Shown here: piece by piece, positions 15,173-26,268 of the stretch
Layout: each line of letters begins with the position of its first letter
Numbering within the stretch: the stretch's first letter is position 1
Source: Octopus vulgaris
Lineage: Eukaryota
Reading direction: 5' to 3'
Assembly (NCBI GenBank): GCA_951406725.2
Contig: OX597821.1
Coordinates: forward strand, 28,768,001 to 28,832,000
DNA: 64,000 bases
Position numbers and translations under genes: made by a program
The notes under the pieces: model-generated
Seen by the model: only the letters and a program-made list of their open reading frames with translations
Database searches by the model: none
What the model was told of the DNA's origin: nothing

Positions 15173-16125
15173 ATATAAGATGTATATATATATATATGAA
15201 TAATTAAGGGTACTAACAGTCAGTACCGGCATGCTGGCATAACAGTCAAAATGGCCAAACCACAAGTTTCATTTAAAAACAAAGGTGGAAGCGAGTAAAT
15301 TAATAAAAATTCTAAGAACCCCGTACCGATTACGAAAATAAACGAAAATGGAAAAATCAGACATGCCCGTGTCACTATGATTTCGAACTCAGAGGAATGC
15401 CCTTAGTTACTCTTCAGCCAGTTTTACTGACACCCACGGTTGTAGAGTTTATTCATCACACCCAATGTGTGCAATGACCGTTTTTAATTCCGCAGAAAAT
15501 TTCCAAAGGTGATCGAAGTGAATAAAAATTTATTTAAATATATCAGGATACTATTGCTTATATATATATATATATATATACATATATATATGTATGTATA
15601 TATTGCTTCATTTGGTAGTATTAACACGTTATCTCCCGTATTACAATTCATATCATTATTACTATTACTGTATTTTTATTTACTATCACTATTATTAACA
15701 TGGCCTTTATTTTATTATCATTATAATATTGGGTGTTATAGTCATTTTCTTTTTTCATTTTCCTTTTGGTCTTGTTCTAACAATATTTATACTTCTATGT
15801 ATTTCTAATATTACATATTTCTATCATGCAGTATTTCTATGAACTGTAAGATAAAGGAAGTCAGGTATCATGCTTTGCATATAAAAGAGAGGAAACTCGA
15901 AAAAATCCGACAGCGTCCATTGGTATTCTTTCTGATGAAGCACCGACACACATTTGTTGCTGAATTATATTTGTTTATACAATTATTCTGCACAGTTTAC
16001 GAAATGATACCTGACGCGAATGTCAGCAGTTTATCGCTGATGTCAGGCGTTGAAACAAATATAAACTTTTATTAAAGCCGGTTTTTTCCATCTTCGTGTT
16101 ATATAAGTTTTTATATTAATCCTAA

Positions 16126-16512
16126 GCGCAGGAGTGGCTGTGTGGTAAGTAGCTTGCTTACCAGCCACATGGTTCCGAGTTCAGTACCACTGAGTGGCAC
16201 CTTCAATTGGTTTCTTTTCCTATAGCCTCGGGCCGACCAAACCCTTGTGAGTGGATTTTGTAGACGGAAACTCAAAGAAGCCCGTCGCATATATGTATAT
16301 CTGTGTGTATATATATATATATGTGTGTGTGTGTTGTGTGTTTGTGTGTATGTGTTTGTCCCCCCCCCCCAACATCGCTTGGAAACCGATGCTGGTTTGT
16401 TTACGTTCCCGTAACTTAGCGGTTCGGCACAAGAAACCGATAGAATAAGCTCTAGGCTTACAAAGAATAACCACTGTGGTCGATTTGCTCGAGTAAAGGC
16501 AGTGCTCCAGCA
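16126..16512 (+). mobile_element. SINE family A, 3' end truncated at the adjacent PLE
   Basis: Full head and body, ending abruptly after gtgctccagca. Confidence 0.9.
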
Positions 16513-16831
16513 CTAAATCCTACATTAAGAGAATACGAATTTATTATTCTTCAACAAGAATATTATTAACAGTGACTTCGAAGTTTCGGACAGTTATGCC
16601 ATCCTTGGATTGTGAATCACTGAAGTTAATCTAATGAGTAGAGTGGTAATTATGTTTTAGTATGGTTTCTTATGGAGTGGCATTTTGGAGAACTATTTGA
16701 ATAAATATGGACTTATTTTATTATCTAGAATTTATTCATGTTTGTAAAACTTAGCAAGCAAGTGTTAGTATATACGCGTGTTCCTTTTGGTTGAAAGTTT
16801 ACGTTATGTTATTATTATTAGATATGTTTTA

Positions 16832-17058
16832 TTTTACTCTTTTACTCTTTTACTCTTTTACTTGTTTCAGTCATTTGACTGTGGCTATGCTGGAGCACCA
16901 CCTTTGGTCGATCAAATCGACCCCAGGACTTATTCTTTGTAAGCCCAGTACTTATACTGTCGGTCTCTTTTGCCGACCGCTAAGTTACGGGGACGTAAAC
17001 ACACCAGCATCGGTTGTCAAGCAATGTTGAGAGAACAAACACAGACACACAAACACAT

Positions 17059-17089
<31 letters not shown>

Positions 17090-17260
17090 CATATATACGA
17101 TGGGCTTCTTTCAGTTTCCGTCTACCAAATCCACTCACAAGGCTTTGGTCGGCCCGAAGCTACAGTAAAAGACACCTGCCCAAGGTGCCACGTAGTGGGA
17201 CTGAACGCTGAACCATGTGGTTGGTAAGCAAACTACTTACCACTCAGCCAATCCTACGCC
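16832..17260 (-). mobile_element. SINE family A, full length, nested in the PLE
   Basis: Reverse-complement head at 17260 and (TTTTACTC)n tail at 16832-16860. Confidence 0.92.
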
Positions 17261-17786
17261 TATATTTTGTCAATATAAATTTCAAAGTTTCCAAAAATTC
17301 TGTCCTGTATTTAAAACTTAGTCATTGGGTTTGTCATATTTTGTATAATAGAATTCTTTAGTGGTTCACAAACAAATGTAAGTAAGTGATACGTTTTAGC
17401 TCGTCCGTTCCTTTACTTGTTTCTTTCTGGTGCATTTCGAAGGTGCGGTTTGTTAGACGGGCATCCATAGTGTTGCTACTATTAAAACCATGTTTATCAT
17501 ATGCTTAGATGTTCACAAGAGGATGTGGGTAGTTGGAAAGGTTGTTGGTCTACTGGTTTCTCTCTAGGTGTTCATTGTTGAATAAGTAATTTAGTTAACA
17601 TGAAGACATCTTAACTCTTGTGTGTCATAAGGTAGAGTTTGTGGGGTATGTTTTTATAAATATTCTTTCAGTTCTGTTCAAATGTGGCTATTTTATAATA
17701 TTTTTATTTTAGGCCTTGCTGTGCTTCACTTGTAAAGAAGAACATAGTGATACTCCAGAAAGGTTTATTATCTGTCCCTCAGACAG

Positions 17787-19265
17787 TGTATAACAAGAAC
17801 AGATAAAGTCAAAAGAAGGAAGACCCCTCTACCAGCTCTGCTTGTATAGAAATAAGTTATTACAACATTTAGAATGCTTTACAACTTTTCTTTCGATTCT
17901 ATTGAACAGATTCGCATGCCAGCAATTTCAATTGGACAAATCTAGACGCTAGCTATCTCCACATCTCCCCACCAAAACTGATGCTACACTAAAAGCGTCA
18001 ACAACAAAGTCTCTCTCTCTCTCTCTGGGCCCGGGTGTTTTCTTGTATCGTCTAGAGTTGCCCAGGCCATACTCTGGCACTGGCGGTTTGGTCATGTGTA
18101 GAAGTGGTCTGAGTTTGTGGCTATTCTTCCAGGATCTGCATTGGATGATCAGTCGGATGCTCAGAAATATTGTCCGTCTCTATTCCAGATTAACAGTCCT
18201 CCACAGAAGCGTAGTGCGGGCGTAGCTGTTTCCAGTGTCGTCTCCATACTGGACCATGAAGAAAGACCTTGACGTTGAAGCAGCATGAAGCTGCTTGAGA
18301 AGCGACCACAAGCATCTGCATTGCCATGATCCGCTGTTTTCCGGTACTCAATGATGTAGTCAAACTGTTTCAGCTACAGGGCCCATCGTACTGGTCGGTT
18401 GGCTGCGAAAAGTGGTGTCCCTTCTGGCCAAACAGTACCGTCAGTGGTTTATGATCAGTCACCCGTATGAAATTACGCCCGTACAAGATACTGGTTGAAT
18501 TTCTACAAGCCAGAAATAATCGCTAGGACTTCTTTGTGGATTTGGCTGTAGTTCCTTTCTCCAGACATGAGAATCTTGGACACATTGGCAATTGGACGCT
18601 CGCTTGCATCCGCATAAAGATGAAACAGGACTGCTCCAGTTCCCTGCTGGGCACATCACAAGTCAGTCCTCGAGGTTTGCCTTGCTAGAAATGTACAAGG
18701 ACTTGATCTGAGAATAATACGTTTCTTAATTGTTCAAACGCTGCTTGTTCTTCACCTCCCCACTTCCAGGAAGTTGCCTTCATGTTTAAACGGCAGTAGT
18801 AACCAAGATTGGGATGAACTCCCCGTAAAACTAAACCGAGCCCACGAAAGACTTTAAGGGTAAGAGTTCCGTGGGAGGTGGCATCTTCATGACTGCTTCG
18901 ACCTTGGATCCCTTCGCAATTCCTTCGGCCGATAAGGTATAGTCAAGGTATTCCACATGGCTTGTGCGAACAGGCACTCTCACGATGGCATCTCTATGCA
19001 TCTCCGTCCAAGAGCATTGTCCATACAGATTCCTAGTGTCTGGATAGCGTTTCCGCACAGCAAATTCATGTCAGGAATCTATGTGACTATGTAAGGAATT
19101 GAGCTTTGTTTACCGGTCATTGGATCCTCGGTTTGGCACATAAAAATTCCCAGCCCGGGCCAGTCGGGCTTGCTGGATGGCTCGTAGCGAAGTCTGATAT
19201 CATCCAGCTTCGGTTTTCCTTGTTGTTTCCCGACCAGCAAAGAAACAGAATTTCCAGTATTTGCA
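17787..19265 (-). mobile_element. Ty3/Gypsy LTR retrotransposon remnant (protease, RT C-terminus, RNase H, integrase tail, putative PPT and 3' LTR)
   Basis: VEYLDYTLSAEGIAKGSKVEAVMKMPPP..LKSFVGSV (RT); YGRNFIRVTDHKPLTVLFG...RWAL*LKQFDYIIEYRKTADHGNADA (RNase H); VWRRHWKQLRP (pol C-terminus). Purine run GGTGGGGAGA followed by TGTGG...TATACA (about 17963-17787). Confidence 0.85.
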
Positions 19266-20231
19266 GTAGTTTTCCAGTAGTTCTCTTTTAAATTTATTTG
19301 TTTTGGTGACTTGTAATTTCTTAGTAAGAGCAGACTATCGTCTCTATATAGATCGCCTGAAACAGATAGATATTTGCTTCGTAGCGTTGTCATATGTAAA
19401 GGCCAACGATGTTGCTTACTTCTGCCTAGTCTTGTAATCCCATGCTTATATCAAAATGGTTCTTTAGTGTTTTTTCTTAATCTAGAAAGCATTGCTGTGG
19501 AAGCGGAACAATTTCCTTGCTTGTTTCTATTTAAGTAACGCTTATTGTGGCTTGGGCTTTAGCCAAGTTCAAGCAGCTATAAGAATTGGTTTCGTTATTG
19601 ACCTATAATAAACTCATACGTGGGATCGGAAGAAATTGCATTCATATTTACTCGGGATCTTGTTGAACCAATGTATTATTTCGTGAAGTGTTACTTTAGA
19701 GGGGTAATGTCAATTTTACTTTGATTTTGGGTGAGAATCTGCCTATAATTTGTTTTATTAATGACACCTATGTCCGGTTTCGAAGGATTAATAACTCTGA
19801 CTGATGGATTGCAATTGAAGTTAGGTTTGAGGCCATTCATAGTTAGATATGGATATTTTGTTGCCTATTTTACCATCTACTTTACGGTTAGCAGTCATTT
19901 CTTTGGCTCTGGCGGTTATATCGTTTATACTTTGCTTTTTGTGTGTTTTAGATATTGTGTCAGAAAGAAAACGATTACAAGTGATTTTACTTCCGTGTTT
20001 GAGGGTGTTTGTTTGCTAGATTGTGCGACGAATTGAAGTTAATCAACTCCTCCTAAAATGTAATTACTACTCCACTGAAGCCCACATGTTCAAGGAAGGA
20101 AGATTTTAACTCAATAGAGACGAGAAACGGACAATATTATCTGCAATACGTCCCAATCCGACGATGGCTTAACTGGGCGAAACTTCAACATCACTGTCAG
20201 TGGCATTCTTGTTTAAGAATATATATATATA

Positions 20232-20299
<68 letters not shown>

Positions 20300-20303
<4 letters not shown>

Positions 20304-20417
20304 CCTGCTCGCTTAGCCAGCGGGGTGGCGTCATTTGAATGCTAAAACAATGCGAAGCGCATTGTGACCAGCGATATGTAACAACATCTGATAGCCTGGT
20401 CGGTCACGGTGATCACG

Positions 20418-20421
<4 letters not shown>
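20300..20421 (+). mobile_element. SINE family B2, 3' tail only, set in (TA)n
   Basis: Matches the B2 tail ending GTCACGGTGATCACGGTGA. Confidence 0.85.
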
Positions 20422-20463
<42 letters not shown>

Positions 20464-21033
20464 GAACCCGAGAGAAGCGGAGAGAGATACAGCGACAGAT
20501 AGATAATGATATGTATATATATGTATGTTCCAATACAGGTACATTTACATATATATAAATATGTATGTATATAGGTATTCAATATCATTACTTAGTTGGG
20601 GGTTTTTTCTGTATGAAATTTGCTCATGTTTTCGTATTTCCATTGGGAATAGTAGTGTTACTAAATTTTACATCTGTAGACACTTACATTTTATCCGCAG
20701 GATCTAAAACGACTCTGCCGTAGGTAAGTGCTACTTATGTATTACGCATATATGGCTTGTGTGAGATGTAACATCGTAGTTTGAAAAAACCGCCATCAGC
20801 CAGAGTTTAGTGTGTCTTTGACAATTCTGTTTTCTACATACTTGTTGTAACCTTTCTCAGTGTAATGTCCAATTTTAGCGAGCAATATTTGTTTTAAACT
20901 TCATTACACCAAACTGCTATTTTGGCCACACAAAACTATACTCACACGTATATTCAATAAGCATCTGCAACAGGAGGAGGCATTTTAAGTCACTACACAA
21001 TACACAAAGTAAAGCTACATGGACAGAATGGAT

Positions 21034-21415
21034 GGAAGCACTCCGTCGGTTACGACGACGAGGGTTCCAGTTGATCCGAATCAACGGAACAGCCTGCTCG
21101 TGAAATTAACGTGTAAGTGGCTGAGCACTCCACAGACACGTGTACCCTTAACGTAGTTCTCGGGGATATTCAGCGTGACACAGAGAGTGACAAGGCCGGC
21201 CCTTTGAAATACAGGTACAACAGAAACAGGAAGTAAGAGTGAGAGAAAGTTGTGGTGAAAGAGTACAGCAGGGATCACCACCATCCCCTGCCGGAGCCTC
21301 GTGGAGCTTTAGGTGTTTTCGCTCAATAAACACTCACAACGCCCGGTCTGGGAATCGAAACCGCGATCCTATGACCGCGAGTCCGCTGCCCTAACCACTG
21401 GGCCATTGCGCCTCC
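21034..21415 (-). mobile_element. tRNA-derived SINE, family B (GGAGGCGCAATGGCCCAGTGGTTAGGGCAGCGG head), full length
   Basis: A box TGGCCCAGTGG and B box GGTTTCGATTCC. Nearly identical to 62053-62435 and close to 44985-45379. Confidence 0.93.
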
Positions 21416-21866
21416 GTTATGGACATAATATCTATTCTATACTAACTTCCTCAGAAAATATATGAATTATTGATGGAAGGATTTAACGAAGCGCAATTAA
21501 GAAACAAAAGGAAAAAACTGAGACGTTACGAAACATTATTGGCTCATTAATGTTACAGACTGATTATAATTAAACATTAAGCTTTTGAGTTTACTTTTGT
21601 TTGTATGTATGGAACTTTGTGCCACTTCAAACATTTAACTGACGCTAATTGTATTGATTACAATTTTCAATAATGCGTCGAACGATTAAATATATTTAAT
21701 CATTACATATATAGGAACATGTATTTGTGCATAGGAGAACGTGTATTTGTGGCTTGTAAAAGAAGGTTAGCGAATAGCGCAGATGGAGCAAAGGCATTTC
21801 AAATCTCGAGTTGCACTCTAATATCGAAAATGTTGTTACAAAAGCATTCATATGTTAAATGATGTA

Positions 21867-22319
21867 GGATCTTTTTGGTTTGAACGGCAGTTTTTTCTAG
21901 CGGTGTCATATGAAATTATCCCCCATAATTATGACCCTAGTGTCGATCTATAGCATTTCGATCTATTTTAGGGTTAGGGTTGGTTAGGGTTAGTTAGGGT
22001 TAGTTAGGGCTAGTTAGAGTTAGGGTTAGGGGGAAGGGTATCTTTTTTTCTTCACAAATGTAAATAAACCCAATCTGTTTCTTAAACTAGGGACATATTC
22101 ATACTGAATGTTTTTTTTATCTCAATAGTGTCAGTGATTGATTGAAATTGCAGAAATTGAAGAAAAAAAACAACAAATATTTTACAAACTATAGAATTTT
22201 CTCAATAAAGCCAAGAGAAAAGGATGTTTTATAAACACATTCTACCAGTATACGAAGTTTAAAATTTTTTAGTTACCTAGAAATTATGTTAAAAACTGCC
22301 GTTCAAACCGAAAAGATCC
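21867..22319 (+). mobile_element. MITE with 29-bp TIRs, 8-bp TSD and internal TTAGGG repeats (Merlin-like)
   Basis: TIRs GGATCTTTTTGGTTTGAACGGCAGTTTTT / AAAAACTGCCGTTCAAACCGAAAAGATCC. Flanks ATGATGTA / ATAATGTA. Confidence 0.85.
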
Positions 22320-22421
22320 ATAATGTATAAGTATATGTACGTACGTACACACATTCACACAGATACACTCTTACACACACACACACATTAGTATACAGAT
22401 GAATTGTTATATACATGCATC

Positions 22422-22610
22422 TACAAGGGTTTGCTGAAACGTTCCTGATCTTAAGAGTATCGCGAAAGGCATGGATGAAGGTCCAAACTTCCGAATTCTT
22501 TTATAGGGCTTAGAAATACAGAAGGAGTGTTGCAATAAATGTGGAAATCCGAGACGGGAATTTGTTGAATAAAAACAAAATTACCTGATACTCCAGTATA
22601 TTCTTTTACG
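22422..22610 (+). mobile_element. Degenerate mariner-derived non-autonomous element
   Basis: TA followed by a CAAGGG..GCTGAAACGTTCC TIR-like start. Internal remnant GLEIQKECCNKCGNPRREFVE* resembles the mariner C-terminus (RWxKCVxxxGxYVE). Confidence 0.55.
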
Positions 22611-22771
22611 TTTGTAAACATACATATATGTGCGCGTGATAATGACTGTGTATGTACGCAAATACGTATTTATTTGTATATTTTGTATATGTTATTTATA
22701 TTTAAGTATATACGCATGCACTTTTATGTGTATGCATATATACATATGTGAACTCCATATTATATATATAT

Positions 22772-22893
<122 letters not shown>

Positions 22894-23274
22894 TAAAAGA
22901 CAGTTACCGTTTTCAGAGAATGCTTTGAATTACAACCGTAGCTGCAAAATGTGGGCAAATGTAAACACATTTTCTATATCTCTGGGGGCGTAAAAATAAT
23001 AATATTTTAAATAGTTTCGTTTCTACTTCTTCAGTAATCATTTATTCTCATTTTGTCTCCAAAGAGAAGATTTAGCTTATAGCTATACACACACTTATAA
23101 TTTGTATAACTGTGTATTCGTTTCCAGCTTAGTTAATTAATTAATTTCTAATCATGGCCTGCATATTGGAAAGACGGAATTTGTTTTTATGTAGGTATGC
23201 TACAATTGTTTCTATAGAACGTTACAACGTAAGATGATATAATTAACAGATTGCATAATCAGAGGTGTAAAATG

Positions 23275-23608
23275 TGTGTCTTCGGCTCAGTGGTTAGAGC
23301 GTCGAGCTTACGATCGTGAGGTTGTGAGCTCGAATCCCGGACCGGGCTGCGTGTTGTGTTCTTGAGCAATACACTTTATTTCACGTTGTTCCAGTTCACT
23401 CAGCTGTAGAAATGAGATGCAAGGTCACAGGTGCCAAGCTGTATCGGCCATTGCCTTTCTCTTGGATAACACTGGTGGCGTGGAGAGGGGAGGCTGGTAT
23501 GCATGGGCGACTGCTGGTCTTCCATAAATAGCCTTGCCCGGACTTGTGTCTGGGAGGGTAACCTTCTAGGTGTAATCCCATGGTCTGTGTCGTGACCGAA
23601 GGGGTCTC
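23275..23608 (+). mobile_element. tRNA-derived CORE-type SINE (family D)
   Basis: tRNA-like head GGCTCAGTGGTTAGAGC...TCGAATCC followed by TGTGTTCTTGAGCAATACACTTTATTTCAC...CAGTTCACTCAGCTGTAGAAATGAG, which resembles the CORE domain. Confidence 0.75.
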
Positions 23609-24096
23609 AGATATAAGAGTGAATACACAAAATGGTGTGCTATTTTCAGCAATTTGTAGATGAAGCTAAACCCATGCATAAAATAACAAAGTAAAACTAT
23701 AAATAAAACACATAATACAGAAACTAAGAAAAAACAAAAATGTCTCTCAGGTGAACTTAACTATAAATAACGATTCTGCCTTCATGGTCAGATTATTAGG
23801 AAGAAAAAAAAAATTAAGCGTTTACAGATGATAATGTGATAAAGTGCTAAAAACTGACCATTTTGGTTTTTATCAACTAAGATGAAAGAGATCCGCTACG
23901 TGTTTTAATAAAACACTTGGCTCTATCCTACACCAGAAGCTTTCACTACACAAAATTAATCTATGACTTTCTAGATTTTATCTACTTTTTTAAAAAGTGT
24001 ATTTAGAAAAATTAGTCGGTAAACTCTTCCCCGCATACTTACATATTTTTCATATATCCACATACATGGTAGTGTGTGTGTGAGGGGTGGTGGTGG

Positions 24097-24176
<80 letters not shown>

Positions 24177-24203
24177 GTATACATATATATATGTATGAAT
24201 ATG

Positions 24204-24238
<35 letters not shown>

Positions 24239-25219
24239 ATATATACATATATACATACATATAGAGATTGAGAGAGAGTTTATAAACAGATCTGACACTG
24301 TATAATACGATCGTTAAAAGCGTACTAGTTAAGGTACTGATACTGGAATAGTTAAACAAAATGTAGTATGGGTCTGTTTGGTCCATGTTTTATCCAAATT
24401 CTGTAATAGCTGTGGATAAAATAAATAAACATTAGATTGATCAAAACTAATTGAACAAAAAATTAAATTATACCATTAGTGCAGTTTCACTTTCGAATTT
24501 TAGGTTTAAAAAAAAATATTTCTTTGATATATGACTGCGAGTAAATTTTGTTAATTTCTCTCCTGCTTTCTATTAACATTAGATAGAGTTCGTATAACTA
24601 TATAAATAAAACATTGGTGTCTATGTTTATCAAGCTAGTTTCAAGTGCTATTAATCTGTACATAAAACCTAGACTTCAAAGACCAATTCAAAATGGTACT
24701 CGTCGTAGGAGGATGAATAACAGAAATGTTACATTAGTGGGCAAAATGGTTTATAGCAATTAATTTTTTCTTTCTTCTCAGAGTACAAATCTCACCGTAT
24801 TCGACTCTATCTGTTACTCTTTTAGATTTATTTAACCTACTATTTCCCTCTAATAATTCTGTTCCCTGCGTATTAAATCGTTATTTACTTTCACCGTGTT
24901 ATTTTGTTATATTCTGGTTTCAGATTCCATTTAACTGATTTTGCCCTTCAGAATCTAATGAGCGATTAAATACGTATCATACATGAACTATAGCCGATTC
25001 CGTCGCCTCTACGACGACTTGTTGTTCTTGTGCCAAAATTAAAAATCATTAGCATTGCGGATACATTTTTCATAAAGTTCAATTTAGTTCCAGTTTGTAT
25101 TATGTGCCACGAATACATCCGCTTTGTTGCTAACAAAGATAACTTACTTAACAATTTCTCAATATAGATTATAGAATCATATCCTGCAGCACTACCTGCT
25201 CTACCAACAACCGCAATGT

Positions 25220-25302
<83 letters not shown>

Positions 25303-26008
25303 TGATAATAATAATAGTATTCTAAGTAGCAGTAGTAGTTATTGTAGCAAAATAATTGGGCCCTGTGACCATGAGTGACGCTTAAAAGTTCGGAAGAGCA
25401 CGTTTATCTCAACAAGGTTTGATGAAATTAAAATCTAATGACAAGGACAAACAGAGAATTTTTTCCGGCTTCCAATCGATCAAATTAACTAATCGATAAT
25501 GTTTAGTGCGTTTTGGGGTCAATCTGAACACAATTAATTATTTTATCTTGCAAATATTGCAAGCAGCAATATCGATGGAAGTTAGGTCGCTCCGTATTAG
25601 GTTATGTTCCAATGATGTTCTTTCACACAGGAACACACACATAGCCACGATCACGTGCACATACGCATTCACGCGCATGTACACACTCTGTAGTGGTGGT
25701 ATTTGTGGAAGTACTTAGAATGTATCTCAATGTGTATAAGTGCATCTGAAAATATTACACAAAATATTACACATATAAATGTGCGTATATATATACACAT
25801 ATATATATATACACATATATATATACATACATATATATATATATATGTATGTATGTATGTTTATATAAGCATATATATATATGTATATATATATACATAT
25901 AATATATATACACACATATTGATGTATGTATATATATGTTTGCGTGTGTGTAAATCAAATATATACGTATATATGCGTATATAATGCACATATATATAGA
26001 GTATATAC

Positions 26009-26064
<56 letters not shown>

Positions 26065-26237
26065 ATATGCACAAAGACACACACGCACACACATATATGT
26101 TCATATACATATATGTGCGTGTATGGATGTATATATATATTTATGTACATATATACATGTATATACGTACACACACATTTATACATGTCTATGTATGTAT
26201 GTCAGTATGTATGTATGTATGTATGTATGTATGTATG

Positions 26238-26268
<31 letters not shown>

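Larger units (their letters stand above)
16520..20220 (-). mobile_element. Decayed Penelope-like retroelement (RT and thumb) with inverted terminal repeats, interrupted by a SINE and an LTR element
   Basis: Minus-strand motifs: PNFNCNPSVRVINPSKPDIG (about 19790), IIHWFNKIP (about 19670), FDISMG..AEVSNIVGLYI (about 19420), GDLYRDDSL (about 19345, PLE YRDD motif) and a degenerate thumb motif at about 17600-17770. 16545-16670 and 20050-20220 are homologous in inverted orientation. Confidence 0.75.

Noticed and set aside
15375-15425. CTGAAGA...GAAA hammerhead-like motif on the minus strand
   Set aside because: Stems I and III do not pair and there is no valid NUH triplet. At best it is a decayed relic.
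21345-21415. tRNA gene-like sequences (also at the heads at 3491, 23281, 30131, 44985 and 62370)
   Set aside because: These are SINE heads. They continue into SINE bodies, several with TSDs, and lack a complete cloverleaf.
21968-22032. Telomere or chromosome-fusion relic
   Set aside because: The TTAGGG units are internal to a TIR element that occurs twice in the window.
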